A DNA stretch of 64,000 nt. It comes from Eledone cirrhosa. Taxonomy: Eukaryota. A program made the translations under genes and the position numbers. The stretch covers positions 23,808,001 to 23,872,000 of the forward strand of contig OZ024746.1 in assembly GCA_964016885.1 (NCBI GenBank). The letters run 5' to 3'. Of the stretch, positions 1 through 13,047 are shown in pieces. The notes beneath the pieces were generated by a model that was not told the origin of the DNA, ran no database searches, and saw nothing but the letters and a program-made list of their open reading frames with translations. Within the stretch, counting starts at the first letter, position 1. The number at the start of each line of letters is the position of its first letter.

Positions 1-429
1 ATGAAAAAGTTCAGACAACAATATGGGAAAATATTTTTTAAAGTGATGAAATTGACATATTGGCAAGATGCCAAATAAATATTTACAGAAATAAAATATA
101 TATCTTAGTAAATATAGTTTTAAATAATTTTTCCATAACTTTCAAACTGTTATTTTTCTCTTTTGGACATGTTCACTTTGATTAGTGGGACAGGCCAGGC
201 TGTTGGCCAAATTCATTATAAAGATGGTGCTGCCACCTTTTGGCAATAATAGCCAGGCAATAAATTCTCTGCCAGGTGGTTTCAGAAAAGCTGACATGTC
301 TGATGTAATTTTTCCTCTTCATTAACCAATTCATCATATTTCTAATGAAAATAACAGAAAAAAAAAAAATGGAGAGATTTAGTAATATTACTATTATTTT
401 CATTATTAATCTGCTGTCTAAATCATAAC

Positions 430-690
430 TTAAAGGTTCTTACATAGAATTACGATGGACAGTTTTCTTTCTTTTTTTATGCTTATTTTGCCACCCTCTG
501 GCCTTCCCTATTCAAAATTTTTTATTTTATCTTAATGTTTAATTTTATTGTTTTACTCATTTATCTCTGTATATCTTGCTTTTTGTGGTTTCTCAACTGT
601 AGGAGTACTAGTTTCTCCCCTAGTCTGCCATAATTTACTTGCTCTATATGGACGTTTAGATTGATTAAATAAATACATAGATAATAGATA
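430..690 (+). repeat. Dispersed repeat, probable 3' end of an old LINE family (related copies at ~2630-2770, ~3240-3400, ~12700-12975)
   Basis: Shared motif ...agtctg...ttta(a/g)attgattaaata(g)ataatag in four places. 430-690 and 12700-12975 also share tttctcaactgta and the upstream T-rich block. Family identity not determined. Confidence 0.5.
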
Positions 691-1213
691 TAAACACTTT
701 AAAAGAAACAGCTCTATATCATTGAACAAAGGTTGGTTTCAGGCAGTTGGGTAACAAAAGGATTAATATCTCATAATTATTAAAGTATTACTTGAAAAGA
801 GAATGAGTATTTTTTTTACTGTCTAATCTGAAAGGGAAAGGCAATGTCCATGACCCTTTTATGGGCCTCAAAGACTAGTGGCATGGGGAGAAAAAGACAC
901 CTTCAAAGTGGAGACATGTCTAAAATACTTGTAACACAAGAGACTCTGTTAAAGGGATTCAAGAACCAAGTTGTGGTATTACACTTTTGTTTGTATATTT
1001 CTAATGAAAGATACTACTTGTGATTTGTAAATCATCTTGTGAATAATCAAGAATTTGAGAGGATTTAGTAATATAACTAACTGGCTCATTATTAAGTTGC
1101 TGCTTTGAATATAACTTAACAAAGGTTCTTACATATATATTCAAATAAAAATTCAGAGCCTTCTTACTCCTGACAGAGGAACCCCCTCCCTGATTGAACT
1201 CCACCACTTCCTT

Positions 1214-1215
<2 letters not shown>

Positions 1216-1267
<52 letters not shown>

Positions 1268-1302
1268 ACACACACACACACACACGAATGCGCACACACA
1301 CG
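1216..1302. repeat. (CA)n microsatellite
   Basis: Directly visible. Confidence 0.95.
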
Positions 1303-1819
1303 CATTCTCTGTGTATCCAGTTTCAAATAGGTACACCGTATCCCTGTGTCATAAGAGACAACTAAAGAATTGATCCAGCCATATAATCATTGCCTCAAAA
1401 AGGATCCCATGGTATGTATGAATTCTATCATGGGGCCCATGAGGCTAACCCTTGAATTAGTAGTGAATATAACTTTAAAACATTTGTTGTTGCTGTTGTT
1501 GTTATTAAACTCATGCTAATATAAGAAAAGCCATCTTTTTTTCTCACTTACATTGTAAACTAATGAAGCAATTCTTTACAATTTTCAGTCACTAGGATTC
1601 AATTACAGAAGATACTTGATGATCTTATTGATAATTTCCAATCAATCACCGACACCCAAGGATGTAATCAATACATTCCTTGTTAACTTTGATATGTTCC
1701 TATCAAAGGGGTTTTAAAAGAAAGGTTCTATTTATGGAATGGGGAGAGTGAAAGACATTAGGCAGATATTTATTAGTTGATATCTCATCCCTTTGAAATG
1801 GTATCAGTATTTTTCTTCC

Positions 1820-2182
1820 ATCAGTGTCATCCTCCTCACCATTATCACCACTGTCATCATCATCATCACATTCACCACCATCATATCACTATGATCCTTT
1901 TCATCGTTATCATCATTATCTTCATCACCCCACCAGTGCCCCATCACCACCACCACTACTTACCACTGCCCTCATCATCACCACCACCATTATCCTTATC
2001 ATCATCATCAACCCACCACCACCCCTATCACCCTCACCATCCTCAATACCAACACTAATCACCACCAACACCCCACCACCACTGACACCCCCCATCATAA
2101 CCCCAACTCACCAAAACCACCCCATCGTATTCCACCACCACCACAACTCACCACCATCACCACCACCACTATCATGACCATC
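1820..2182. repeat. Degenerate (CAT/CAC)n low-complexity tract
   Basis: Directly visible; explains the His/Pro/Ser-rich pseudo-ORFs. Confidence 0.9.
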
Positions 2183-2489
2183 AAGTAATTTATTAAGCCA
2201 AAATAAAAATGTGTTCAGACCTGAGATAAATTCATCAACTTTACTTCATAAATGAAACATTAATTACTATTGACGGAGGGAGGAGTATGGGAATGGGTTA
2301 TAAATGATGTTTATCTTATCTATTTCAAAACTTTTCATAAAAGTTAAATAATAATTTTCTAAGAATTCAATGGACATTAAAAGTTTCCCTATTAAAAATT
2401 AATTTTATATATGATTTTATTGAACAACAGAAATATTTAACTTTTCTACATTTGTCCTTCTGCCAGGAGGTTTAACCAGTAGATAATAT

Positions 2490-2595
2490 CAACAACTGGT
2501 AAAGCCAATGGAAACATTGTTTCCTTGGTTCGACCTGATGAGTTCCACCTCATTCGGTAAGCGAATGAGATTTGGGATCTTGTTGATTCAGATAA
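2490..2595 (+). repeat. Short dispersed repeat with hairpins (copies at ~11815-11910 and partial at ~48520-48580)
   Basis: Shared gaaacatt(g/a)tttcct(t/c)ggt, and in two copies cacctca(t/c)tcggtaag(c/t)gaatgagat(t/c)tgggat. Confidence 0.6.
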
Positions 2596-3000
2596 AAAGA
2601 AAAAAAATCTGTCCTCTCTCTTCCCACTTTCCATTTATTCTGTTTCTTGCTTAATTTTTTCTTTCTTGCATAATTTCTTATATATAAGGTGTATTAAATA
2701 CCCTTCTCAGTCTGTAAGGGATTAACAGCTCTACTCAGACATTTAAATTGATTAAATATATAATAGTAAATACAAAGCATTGTGAGATAAGTAATAAATG
2801 ACTGATAATTTCAGAAAGTCAGTACAATGGGGCAGAAATATATAAAGGGCAAAGGATGGTTAATAAAACAAAACAAAGTAATAATTTTACCCAATATATT
2901 TCTTTCGGTTCACATTTGAAAAGAGAGTGATAACCTTCTTAGAAAATGGTTCAAAACAAAAACGAATGATGGATGTAATCTTCCCTGACTAATTAAATAA

Positions 3001-3184
3001 CTGTTTCTACTTTTGGAACAAGGCCAGCAATTACCCAGTGCATTACTGGGTCTTTATTTTATCGACCCCGTAAGGATGAAAGGCAAAGTTAACCTCGGCG
3101 GGATTTGAACTCAGATTGTTAAGGGACATAACTATGCTGGAAAGCATGGCGTCCGACCCTCTACCGATACTGCCAATCCACCGC
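3001..3184 (-). mobile_element. tRNA-derived SINE family S1 (Nin/Deu-like core)
   Basis: Reverse complement of the 3991-4174 copy: tggcagtatcgg head, B-box gagttcaaatccc, core gcctttcatccttacggggtcgataaaat. Confidence 0.85.
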
Positions 3185-3990
3185 TTTTAACTAACTAACT
3201 AAATAATAAATAACTGTCCTCCTTTATCTGTCCTCCTTCTCCACATTCCATTTTTTTTTTCTGTTTCTTCTGTCTTTTTTTCTGTCTTCTCTTGTTTTTA
3301 TTTCATATATATATATATAAGTTGTATTAGATACCTCTCTCAGTCTGTAAAGGTTTATCAGCTTTACAGACATTTAAATTGATTAAATAGATAATAGATA
3401 ACTAAAGATGGAAGCCTGTAAGATGGGATGGTTGATGTAGTGGATATTGCTGGCTGTTCTCCATGACAATACTTTTGTAATCTTCTCCACGAGGTAAAGC
3501 TGAGATATACTGTTCAACCAAGGGTGTAGAGTTTGCTTGCTACCTCTATTTCTCTTCCCCTCTTCATTTATTTTCTTTTATATTGTGATATTGTAAATAA
3601 TTAAATGAAGGTATATATTATTTGATTATCTATTATTTTATATATTATTTTATTCTTTTACTGGCTTCAGTCATTAGACAGTGGCCATGCTGGGGCACCA
3701 CCTTAAAAAGTTTTGAGTCAATTATATGGACGCTGATATTTACTTTTTCATATTTGGTATTTATTTTATCAATCTCTGTTTGTCAAACCACTAGGCTATG
3801 GGCCATAAACAAACAATATATTAAACATGGTACATACATGATCTTTGTTGAACTGCTTAACTATAGAGCATACTATTTATGTGGGACATAAACAACCATC
3901 ACCACTTGGTTAAAGGATGCCAACTGTAAAGACATGTGACATACATATACACACATATATACATCGTCATTATTTAAAGTCTGTTTCCTG

Positions 3991-4174
3991 CGGGGGATTG
4001 GCAGTATCGGTAGAGAGTCGGACGCCATGCTTTGAAGCATAGAGTTACGTCCCTTTATGATCTGAGTTCAAACCCCGCCGAGGTTAACTTTGCCTTTCAT
4101 CCTTACGGGGTCGATAAAATAAAGTACCAGTAATGCACTGGGTAATTGCTGGCCTTGTGCCAAAAGTAGAAACA
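3991..4174 (+). mobile_element. tRNA-derived SINE family S1 with 22-bp target-site duplication
   Basis: B-box gagttcaaaccccg and conserved core; TSD attatttaaagtctgtttcctg at 3969-3990 and 4175-4196. Confidence 0.9.
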
Positions 4175-4203
4175 ATTATTTAAAGTCTGTTTCCTGGTAT
4201 ATA

Positions 4204-6292
4204 TCATCATCATCATCATCATCAACGTTTAACGTCCGCTTGCATGGGTTTGGATGGGGGTAGTCCCACTTGAGGCAAGAGTGATTGTCTTGCTCGCATA
4301 GGACTGTCTGGCAGGTTTTCTACAGTTGGATGCCCTTCCTAACACCAACCACATTTACAGTGTGGGTCTGGGAGGTTTTTACCGTGTTGCCTACACGGCC
4401 ACATTACAGCGTGGACTGTGTGTTTTTTTGTCGTGACACCTACACGATCTCATTTGTTTCGGCCTCGATGGCGCGGCACCAACATAACTTTACATAGAAC
4501 GGGGTGGTGTGGATGGGGTGGGGCTGGTGGTGGTGGGACGGGGTGTATTTTGTTAGAGATGCCTACTGGCTGGAGTAGGTTTTACTATATATTTAGGTAA
4601 GGCGGGTCTTCTCTGTTACTGAGTACCGCCAAAGGTCTCGGTCCAGTGACATTGTCTTGGAGAGGTGTAAGTGTGTGATGTCGGAGTTTATGAGCTTGTC
4701 CCAGGTTTTTCTAGGTCTGCCTATTCCGTGACTACCGTCTATCTTTATTGCCCTGCACTTTGTTATACAGCTATCGACTTTCATGCGCATCACATGTCCA
4801 TACCAACGTAGCCTTCTCTCGAGTAAACAACATCTGATCCCTCTTATCTCTAATTTTTTCCTTAGTTCGTTTATGCTTTGCCGTTCACGTATATTACTGT
4901 TACACATCCAGCAGAGCATGCAAGCTTCGTTCCTCTCTAGTCTGCGTGTATCCTCTGCACACAATGCCCAGGTCTCACTGCCATGCAGCATTGCTGTTCG
5001 TATGCAGGCATCGTACAACCTGCCTTTCATTTTTAGGGAGAACCCTTTAGCAGCTAATAGTGGTATAAGCTCTCTGAACTTTTTCCAACCAGTTCTGACT
5101 CTAGCTACAGTACTTTCAGAGCACCCTCCCCCACTGCTGATCTTATCGCCCAGGTAACGGAAGCTGTCCACTATTTCTATAGAACCCTCTGCGCAATTGA
5201 AAGAGCTAGTATTTTGTGGGCACTTGCTGCTACTTATTGCACCAGAACACCGGCCACATGTAAAATCTATGTTCTTAGTTAGCTTACCTGTGATCCCACT
5301 ACATCTTTTATGCACCCATACTTTGCATTTAGGACATAAAATGGAGTTTCTACCTACGCCTTTCCTACACACCGAGCACGACCATTTCCCAGAAGGGACC
5401 GCCACCTTGTTTTCTTTCCTACAAACTAGTACTTTGGTCTTAGCCAGGTTAATTTTAAGTCCTTTTGACTCTAGGCCGTGCTTCCATGTTTGGAATTTCT
5501 TCTCTAGCTCGGCCATTGATTCCGCTATGAGTGTCAGGTCGTCTGCGTATAGGAGTTCCCATGGGCAGCCTGTCTTGAACTCCTCTGTTATAGCCTGAAG
5601 GGCAATAATAAATAGTAGGGGGCTGAGAACAGAGCCCTGATGGACGCCAACTTTTACGCTAAACTCTTCACTATATTCGTTGTTAATTCTAACCTTGCTG
5701 ACTGTTTCTTTATACATGGCTTGTATAGCCCTCACAAGCCATTCGTCAACGCCTAGTTTTCTAAGAGCCCACCAGATAATGGAGCGGGGGACTCTGTCGA
5801 AGGCTTTCTCCAAGTCGACAAAAGCTAAGTAGAGGGGTTTACCTTTAGCTAGGTACTTCTCCTGTAGTTGTCGTACTATGAAAAGAGCGTCTGTGGTACT
5901 TTTGCCTGACACAAACCCGAACTGCATTTCATCTAGATCAATTCTCTCTCTGATTAGTTGCGCTATTACTTTTTCCGTGACCTTCATGACCTGGTCGATT
6001 AATTTAATGCCTCTATAGTTACTCCTATCTAGGGCGTCTCCTTTACCCTTATAACAGTTAACGATGATGCTGCTATGCCAGTCCTTCGGAACAACCCCAT
6101 TCTGTACGACTTGGTTAACTATGCGGGTGACCATGGTGTGTCCCACCGTGCCAGATGCCTTCAGCATCTCAGCAACTATTTCCGAAGGCCCAGCCGCCTT
6201 ACCCGTCTTCATATCCTTGATTGCCTTACTTATTATACTCCCCTCGACTAACACTGCTGGTCCCTCTATTGGGTCGATATGGGGGAGACTGG
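4204..6292 (-). mobile_element. RTE-clade non-LTR retrotransposon family A, 5'-truncated copy 1
   Basis: Open RT ORF, ~390-nt 3' UTR ending in a (TGA)n tail, 5' end truncated against (TA)n at 6293. Confidence 0.95.
4593..6254 (-). CDS. Reverse transcriptase region of RTE LINE (endonuclease missing by truncation) with internal PHD-like finger
   Basis: 553-aa ORF with [67 protein letters not shown] motifs. Confidence 0.93.
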   Translation of the reverse strand: MLVEGSIISKAIKDMKTGKAAGPSEIVAEMLKASGTVGHTMVTRIVNQVVQNGVVPKDWHSSIIVNCYKGKGDALDRSNYRGIKLIDQVMKVTEKVIAQLIRERIDLDEMQFGFVSGKSTTDALFIVRQLQEKYLAKGKPLYLAFVDLEKAFDRVPRSIIWWALRKLGVDEWLVRAIQAMYKETVSKVRINNEYSEEFSVKVGVHQGSVLSPLLFIIALQAITEEFKTGCPWELLYADDLTLIAESMAELEKKFQTWKHGLESKGLKINLAKTKVLVCRKENKVAVPSGKWSCSVCRKGVGRNSILCPKCKVWVHKRCSGITGKLTKNIDFTCGRCSGAISSSKCPQNTSSFNCAEGSIEIVDSFRYLGDKISSGGGCSESTVARVRTGWKKFRELIPLLAAKGFSLKMKGRLYDACIRTAMLHGSETWALCAEDTRRLERNEACMLCWMCNSNIRERQSINELRKKLEIRGIRCCLLERRLRWYGHVMRMKVDSCITKCRAIKIDGSHGIGRPRKTWDKLINSDITHLHLSKTMSLDRDLWRYSVTEKTRLT

Positions 6293-6496
6293 TATATATA
6301 TATATATTTCTTTTATTCTTTTACTGGTTTCAAGCATTAGACTGAGGCCATGCTGGGGCTTCTCTTTATTTTCCCAACTCTGACACATTTATTATCGATC
6401 TCTTGTTTTGTCAAACCTAGTCACAGGGCAAAAACACAGATACAGACACAAATGTAAGCATAGACATGGACTCCCGAAGACACACACACACATATA

Positions 6497-6580
6497 TACA
6501 AGGTATCCCAAAAAATGTATACAAACTTCAATTAGAATTTCTGTTGAAGTGTGTATATATTTTTTGTGGCGAGACCCTGT
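6497..6580. mobile_element. Small Tc1/mariner-type MITE
   Basis: Imperfect TIRs tacaaggtatcccaaaaaatgtatacaaacttcaa / ttgaagtgtgtatatattttttgtggcgagaccctgt in a TA context. Confidence 0.6.
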
Positions 6581-6669
6581 GTATATGTATGTATATATAT
6601 ATATATAATTGCAGCTATATATAAATATATATATAATGTGAGTAATAATAAATATTACCCAGTTACAAG

Positions 6670-6714
<45 letters not shown>

Positions 6715-7704
6715 AACAGGCATCCACACAGTGGGATTAAACTTGAAACCACGTGATTGTAAAGCAAAACTTCTTAACAACATAACCATACTTGTGCATA
6801 TATGCTAAAGTAGATATATTATATTATACCACTAATGGGGAAGCTGAATATCTTATTAACTAATGAGCAAACATTATTCCCACATCTTTACTCTCCAAAA
6901 GATTTTGTTTGGCTAATGTATGATCAAAATCCAATAACATGATTATTTCATAGAACTAGATTAGTTTACTCCAATATCTTACTGAAATTAAAAAGAAAAA
7001 GAAAAACAAAACAAAAAACAAAACAAAAAAAACACTCATTTCTAACACAACAGTACATTCTTTTGAAATGAAAAGAAATGAAATTTTCAGCTCACACCTA
7101 AGCAGGTTTAGCTGCCCTTCTACAAGGTTATATCATAGGAGGTTCTGCATGCATTTTAATGATAGAGACCCCAGTCCTGTCATGAAAAGCAATCTTTCAC
7201 AAAAACAGTGTGCTGCCTGGTCCAGGAATCAAACCCATGACCTTAAAAATGAAATGAGAGTAAAGACAAAGAAAATACCAGTTTACACTTTTACTTTATC
7301 ATCATCATCATCATTTAACATTTTTTCCCTGCTATCAAGAGTGGGTCAGGTCTTAGCAGACCAAGTCAGTATGGAAATAGAATTACTGATCTCTCAGATG
7401 AATCATGGGCCTGCATCACACATATATTCATTTGCATACTCTACCAAAGCAATTTTATCATGACACCAGCACTAGTGGGTGTGTAATGTCTTTTATACAG
7501 GAAGTATGAACCTCTTTTTCGAAGAAGAAAATCGCATACGATGGTTATGGAAGGCTGAACTCTCACAAGAATTCAGTCTACCATTACTGTCACCATCACA
7601 CATTATACTGACTTTCCAAAGACAACTATAATCTAACATTTTATTCTTTGATGGTCACCTGAAAAATTGTTCTTTCTCTAAACACTTTACTTGAGTAAAT
7701 AGTG

Positions 7705-7910
7705 TAGAGATGTGTGGCCTAGTGGTAGGGGTGTTGAACTTATAATCATGTCGTGGGTTGGATTCTTGGACTGGGTTGTGTGTTGTTCCAGTATACTCAG
7801 CTGAAAATGAATACCAGCAACAGTTGGGGATTTAACCCTGCAATGCACTTGTGTCCTGTACAGGGGAGAGTCTTGTACTCTCAGTCACTTAAAGCGATGG
7901 AAACTGTGAT
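7705..7910 (+). mobile_element. Old tRNA-derived SINE (S2-related head and core); similar degenerate copies at ~18353-18600, ~36718-36870, ~37390-37550, ~48362-48510 (+) and ~10440-10560, ~38572-38668 (-)
   Basis: A-box gtggcctagtggt, B-box-like gggttggattc, and ttccagtatactcagctg...aatga core. Confidence 0.65.
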
Positions 7911-8399
7911 GAACTCGAGACAGATTAGACTTTACTTGAGTGTTTATGTGAATTAGTTGATAGGTTTATAGTTGGATAGATTAGATTTAAATTAACATTT
8001 ACCATGTTCTTGGAGGTGAACTGAATAAATAGTTCAAGCTTCAGTCAGCCTCTAATAATTTATATTATGGATAAAATATATTTGAAATTAGTTTCCTCAA
8101 CCTCAACATCATCAGAACCACTTCTCCATACTTGCATGGGTTGGATGGGACGTTTTGAGGTAGTCTCTCATAGTTAGATGTTCTTCCTAATGCCAACCCT
8201 TACTTGTTTATGTATGTTACTTATTTCACTGATCTTCACCCACGAAGTTGCTAATGAAGGACATAAACAAATGACACTAATTGTTTAAGTGGTGTTAACC
8301 TAAATTCACACATCCAATCCAAAGCCTTTTTACTTCTGTTGGAGGAATCCCGACATCTACCGCTTTCTGTTCGGTTTTTGTCATGTCAGAGGTGTAGCC

Positions 8400-8647
8400 A
8401 TACTCACAACACTTGGTCAATTGTGTGTTGGTGAGGCTGTTTAACCCATTGTTGGGGTAGATGGCCATTGATTCTGAGGAGTTCATCTACCCTTTTAACA
8501 GCTCTTGTTTTTTGTGCTGCATTTTGTGCTACACTTGTCATCAGACAAGGGTCTGGTGAGAGAGCCAGTTTAGATGCTGACCACTCAACCATGAAGCAGG
8601 TTGTACTGGATTACATGGTACCAATAGCAGTTAGAAGCCTGACCAGA
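8400..8647 (-). mobile_element. Probable RTE 5' UTR fragment, homologous to 53054-53250 (+)
   Basis: Reverse complement shares ccagtacaacctg..tcatggt...ctaaactggc and tcaatggccatc with the 53 kb fragment. Confidence 0.55.
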
Positions 8648-9747
8648 CATCAAATACACACATAGAAACCAACAAACCCATATATTTACATGGCAGTCTT
8701 CCACACAGTTTCTATCTACTAAATTTCACTCGCAAGGCAATTACATAATAGAAGACATTTGCCTAACGTACTACAGAATAAGACCAAACACAAACAGTAG
8801 CAAAATGATCTTCTTAGTCCCACATTCATGCCTACTTTATTTTTACACATAAAAAGAACCAAAATTTTCCTTATTAACCCACGTTCTGATTTGATACAGA
8901 AATACTTTTGTGTGACCATTGGAATCACTAATTAGAAATTCTTAATTGCTATTATCTAAGATATTTAAGTTAATAACTAACTTCAATAATTTTCATTTAT
9001 AATTTTTTGAAATGTTGATCATAGAATGTTGAAATAAAAAAAAAAGGTGGGGTAGGGGAATGAGGGGAGGGGCTATGATATTTCTGGAATATAAAAATGT
9101 AAAAACTACCAATTTCTGTAGTTATTCAATAACAATAGTTATACACAAAAACATTAAACATTAATCACACAGCAGCCATGGTATATGTGGCAATAGGTGA
9201 GGGTTTGTCTCTGAAGTTCGCTAATTAGAGAATTTATTTCATTTTGATTCTATCAAGTTTCTTTGAATTATAATGATTACTTGATTCCATTTGATATTAA
9301 TTATTTTTGTAACGAGGTTCAGAGAATCAAGATAATCTCTTGGTGTCGACAAAATCTTCACACAATTTTGATTATTGGTTATTGGCCAGTATATATTTTT
9401 TTCTTTTTATTGTATTGTCATAGAGGGTATGGCAGCACAGTTGATCCTTGTACAGGGCCTTCAAGATAGATAGGAGTGTGGGAAGGGCAGTGTTCTGGTT
9501 TTAAGGGGGAGCTAAAAGGGTTGGTGCGAAGAAGAGAATCTGGTCATAAAACATTGCTACAAAAAGGACCCCAGGATGAGTATGAAACTTGTCATGCGTC
9601 CTGCAAGGTTTTAACAATGAAAAATGACTTTAAGAAACTTGTTATTGTTGATATTGTTTTCTTTAACTTTTAATTACCCATTATTCAAAACAAAACTGGT
9701 TGACTATTATCATTTATACTATTAATATTATTAATTTTATTTTCCAG

Positions 9748-9934
9748 ATCTGTGAATATGCAAATGAATAATGGCGCTACTCCTGCATATCTAGCAAGTC
9801 AAGAAAGAAAGCTAGACATACTCAAGTATATTGTTACTGAAGCAAAGGGCTCCTTAAAGATAACTGCTTTTGATGGAATGTCTTGTTTACATGCTTCGGC
9901 ACAGATGGGACATTTAGATATCATCAAATGGCTC
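9748..9934 (+). CDS. ESPN: Internal coding exon (187 nt) of an espin/forked-like ankyrin-repeat protein
   Basis: tttccag acceptor, gtaagt donor at 9935. Translates SVNMQMNNGATPAYLASQERKLDILKYIVTEAKGSLKITAFDGMSCLHASAQMGHLDIIKWL, matching recalled espin motifs NGATPLYLACQEG and DGMTPLHAAAQMGH..WL. Exon is high confidence; orthology is from memory. Confidence 0.8.
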
Positions 9935-11207
9935 GTAAGTATCAATACGATTGGTCCATAACATTTCTTATTTAAGAGGAAAACTTCTTTATATGGCTAC
10001 AGAAGCTAGTTTTGGGTCATTTGCTGGGTTTCACTATAATCATAAATGAAAAAATGAGTTACTGGAAGAAGCAAACGAGCATTATTTGACATGCTGTATA
10101 TAGATTTTATGGTTATTTTCTGGATTTAATCCTTTGTAATGCCAAATTGTCTGAAACCACCCTTGGTTCTATTATATAAAACTGTTCATCTTAAAATATT
10201 TATAGCTATAGAAATGTGAGTAACTCAAACACAGAAATAACTGTAAAACAGTCAGTTGGTATAAATAATCATAGCATATAAATTCAAGTAAAATACCTTA
10301 AAGATGGAGAAGAGTGGTTAGTGGTTGCCAAGGAACTCAAAGTCTTCTAGAAACAGTAGTGAGTGGTCATGAGAGAAGAAGAGGGAGAAAAGAAGAAAGA
10401 TATAGAAAATATGTTGTTATTTCATCAGCCCACCCTCACAAGGATTGGGTCAACTTGAAGCTATGGTAAAGACACTTGCCCAAGATGGCACACAGTAGGA
10501 TTGAACCTGGGACCTAATGATTGGGAAGCCAACTACCTAACCATTCAGCCATGCCTGTGTCCACAATATTCATATAACATGTTGATTATAACAATTCTTT
10601 AATGACAACATCTAAATAATGTATAATGAAAATGGTCCATTAATTGACATTTAAAAAACTTAATTTAAAATATTTTCTGTAGTGCAAAGTTATAGGAGAA
10701 ATTAGAGAGAGAGAGCTTGGTTGTAATAAATATATAATAGTGATAGAAGTTATATATGAGAAATTATATATACCACTGAAAAGTGGTTGTTTTGGTGGTA
10801 AGAACCCAGCCCACACTAAAATGTTTATGTTAGTGTCATGATAAAAATCACCCAGCCCACCGTGTAAAGTGGTTGGTATTAAGAAGGGCATCCAACCATA
10901 GAAACCAAGTCAGAAACAGTTCTGTATGAGCAAGACATGGTCATCTGATCTTACAGTAGTAAAAGTTATATGAGAAATCATATATAGGAGATGATTTTGG
11001 CTGTAAAACATCTATAATGGTGACTTGAATTGAAAGAGGCAGCTGTGTCAAAGTAGACTCAAGGACACTGGTAAGCCTTATGGTAGACTTAATCTGTCAT
11101 GAGGAAGGGCAGTGTCGAGGACCCTTTCTAGAGTCACCTAGACTGAGGTGAGAGAGAGAGAGGTCATGCTCTACTATGGCTGGACCCTACAATAGTTATG
11201 CTCCACT

Positions 11208-11373
11208 GTGGCTGTGCCTCACCGTGGCTGTGCCTCACCGTGGCTGTGCCTCACCGTGGCTGTGCCTCACCGTGGCTGTGCCTCACCATGGCTATGCCTC
11301 ACCATGGCTGTGCCTCACCATGGCTGTGCCCCACCATGACTGTGCCTCACCATAGCTGTGCCCCACCATGACT
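11208..11373. repeat. 16-bp minisatellite (GTGGCTGTGCCTCACC) x ~10
   Basis: Direct tandem units, progressively diverging to the right. Confidence 0.9.
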
Positions 11374-12396
11374 GGCCCTAACACAGTTTCAGTTTAAAGA
11401 TTGAAACCAGACAAAAGTATTAAACAATATAATTATGTATCTCTCTGTACTGTATCAATTGTTATGCTATTATGATGGGTTCTTTTTTTTTTATCTTATT
11501 CATAATTATTCTTAGACAATGATGATGATGGTGGTGGTTTTGATGAAGAAGATGATGGTGGTGGTGGTGGTGGTGATGGTGATGATGATGATGCTGATGA
11601 TGACTGTTTCTTAGCTAGTCATTGTTCTTAGATATTTTCTAAGCTCTAAGTTAATTCTGGAATCAAAGATGTTATCAAGATCTTTCCTCATTATTGACTC
11701 ACCATAGTCTAAAATAATTTCTTTTATTTCCTTTAATGATACCCAACTTAATTCAGATGACAAAGCTACAGTTTAACCCTACAACCTTTAGATTGTATCA
11801 GCAATTGATACTATAGACCAATTGAAACATTATTTCCTTGGTCCAATCTCACAAGTTTCACCTCACTCGGTAAGTGAATGAGATCTGGGATTTAGCCAAT
11901 TCAGATATCCACCGCACAAAAAAAAAAAAAAAAAATCTGTAAATATTTCTTCTTTGCATTTTATCCCCTTCTTCGCTCTTACTTTCTCTTCTTCCTGATT
12001 TTATTCTTTCTTTTCTTTACTGACATCTTTATATATTTTTATTGTCAGACAACATGCTCTGCAGCATATAGTTATGGCCCTTCTGTGTTCAAATCTTGCT
12101 GAAGTTAGCTTTGTCTTTCATCCATTCACGATCAATAATATAAAATACCAATAATGCACTGGGGTCAATTTAAACAACTTTCCCCTCCCACAAAAAAGCC
12201 TTATGCCTAAATCAGAACAATTATTATCATCATCATGATCATGATCATCATCATTGTGATCATCATCCTTATCCTTAACAACAACAACTCCATTTCTGAA
12301 AACAGATTTCTTAAAATAATTGTTTTCTATTTTCATTGTAATTAATGATGATGATGATTATGAAACATCTATAGTGTGGTACAATTTAACAACCTA

Positions 12397-12439
<43 letters not shown>

Positions 12440-13047
12440 TGTGTATCTGTGTGTCTGTGTATATGTGTGTGTGTTTGTCTGTGTGTGTGTTTGTGTGTGC
12501 AGGCCCATTGAAGAGGGGGTATATATATGATGCACTGATATATAACCCTATTCCTTCATTTAGCCTTATATACAATCCACAAAGATAACTTTGTTTAATC
12601 AAATATTATATATTATATATATATAAAAAAACTACCAAGATTGGAGATACAATACATTGTAAAAGATCTACCAACTATCAACAAAATCTTTGAGTACATA
12701 GAGGTTATAAAAATAATTCAACAACAGAACCTCCTAGCTGCGTTATAGCTTCCCTTGCTTCCTATTTTTTCTTCATCTTTTTTTATGTTTATTTTGCCTC
12801 TAGCTGGTCTTCCTTATTAAATTTTTTTATTTTATTTTATTTTTATATTCACTTGTCTCTGCTTATCTTGTTTTTTGTTTCTCAACTGTAAAAAGTATTA
12901 GATACTTCCACTAGTCTGCCATGACTTACTAGCTCAACACAAACGTTTAAATTGATTAAATAACAAAATAAATAGTAGTGTTGATAAATTCCTTTGTCTC
13001 AACAATTCAGACAAAAGCTATCCACTAATGATGACTTTCTATTTTAG

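Noticed and set aside
2509-2580. GAAAC...CTGATGA as a permuted hammerhead
   Set aside because: Stems I and II do not close, and CTGATGA is absent from the other two copies of this repeat.
4783-5598. ORFs antisense to the RTE RT (also at 49663-50244, 52283-52783, 58334-59059)
   Set aside because: Shadow frames of the RT coding strand with no independent motifs.
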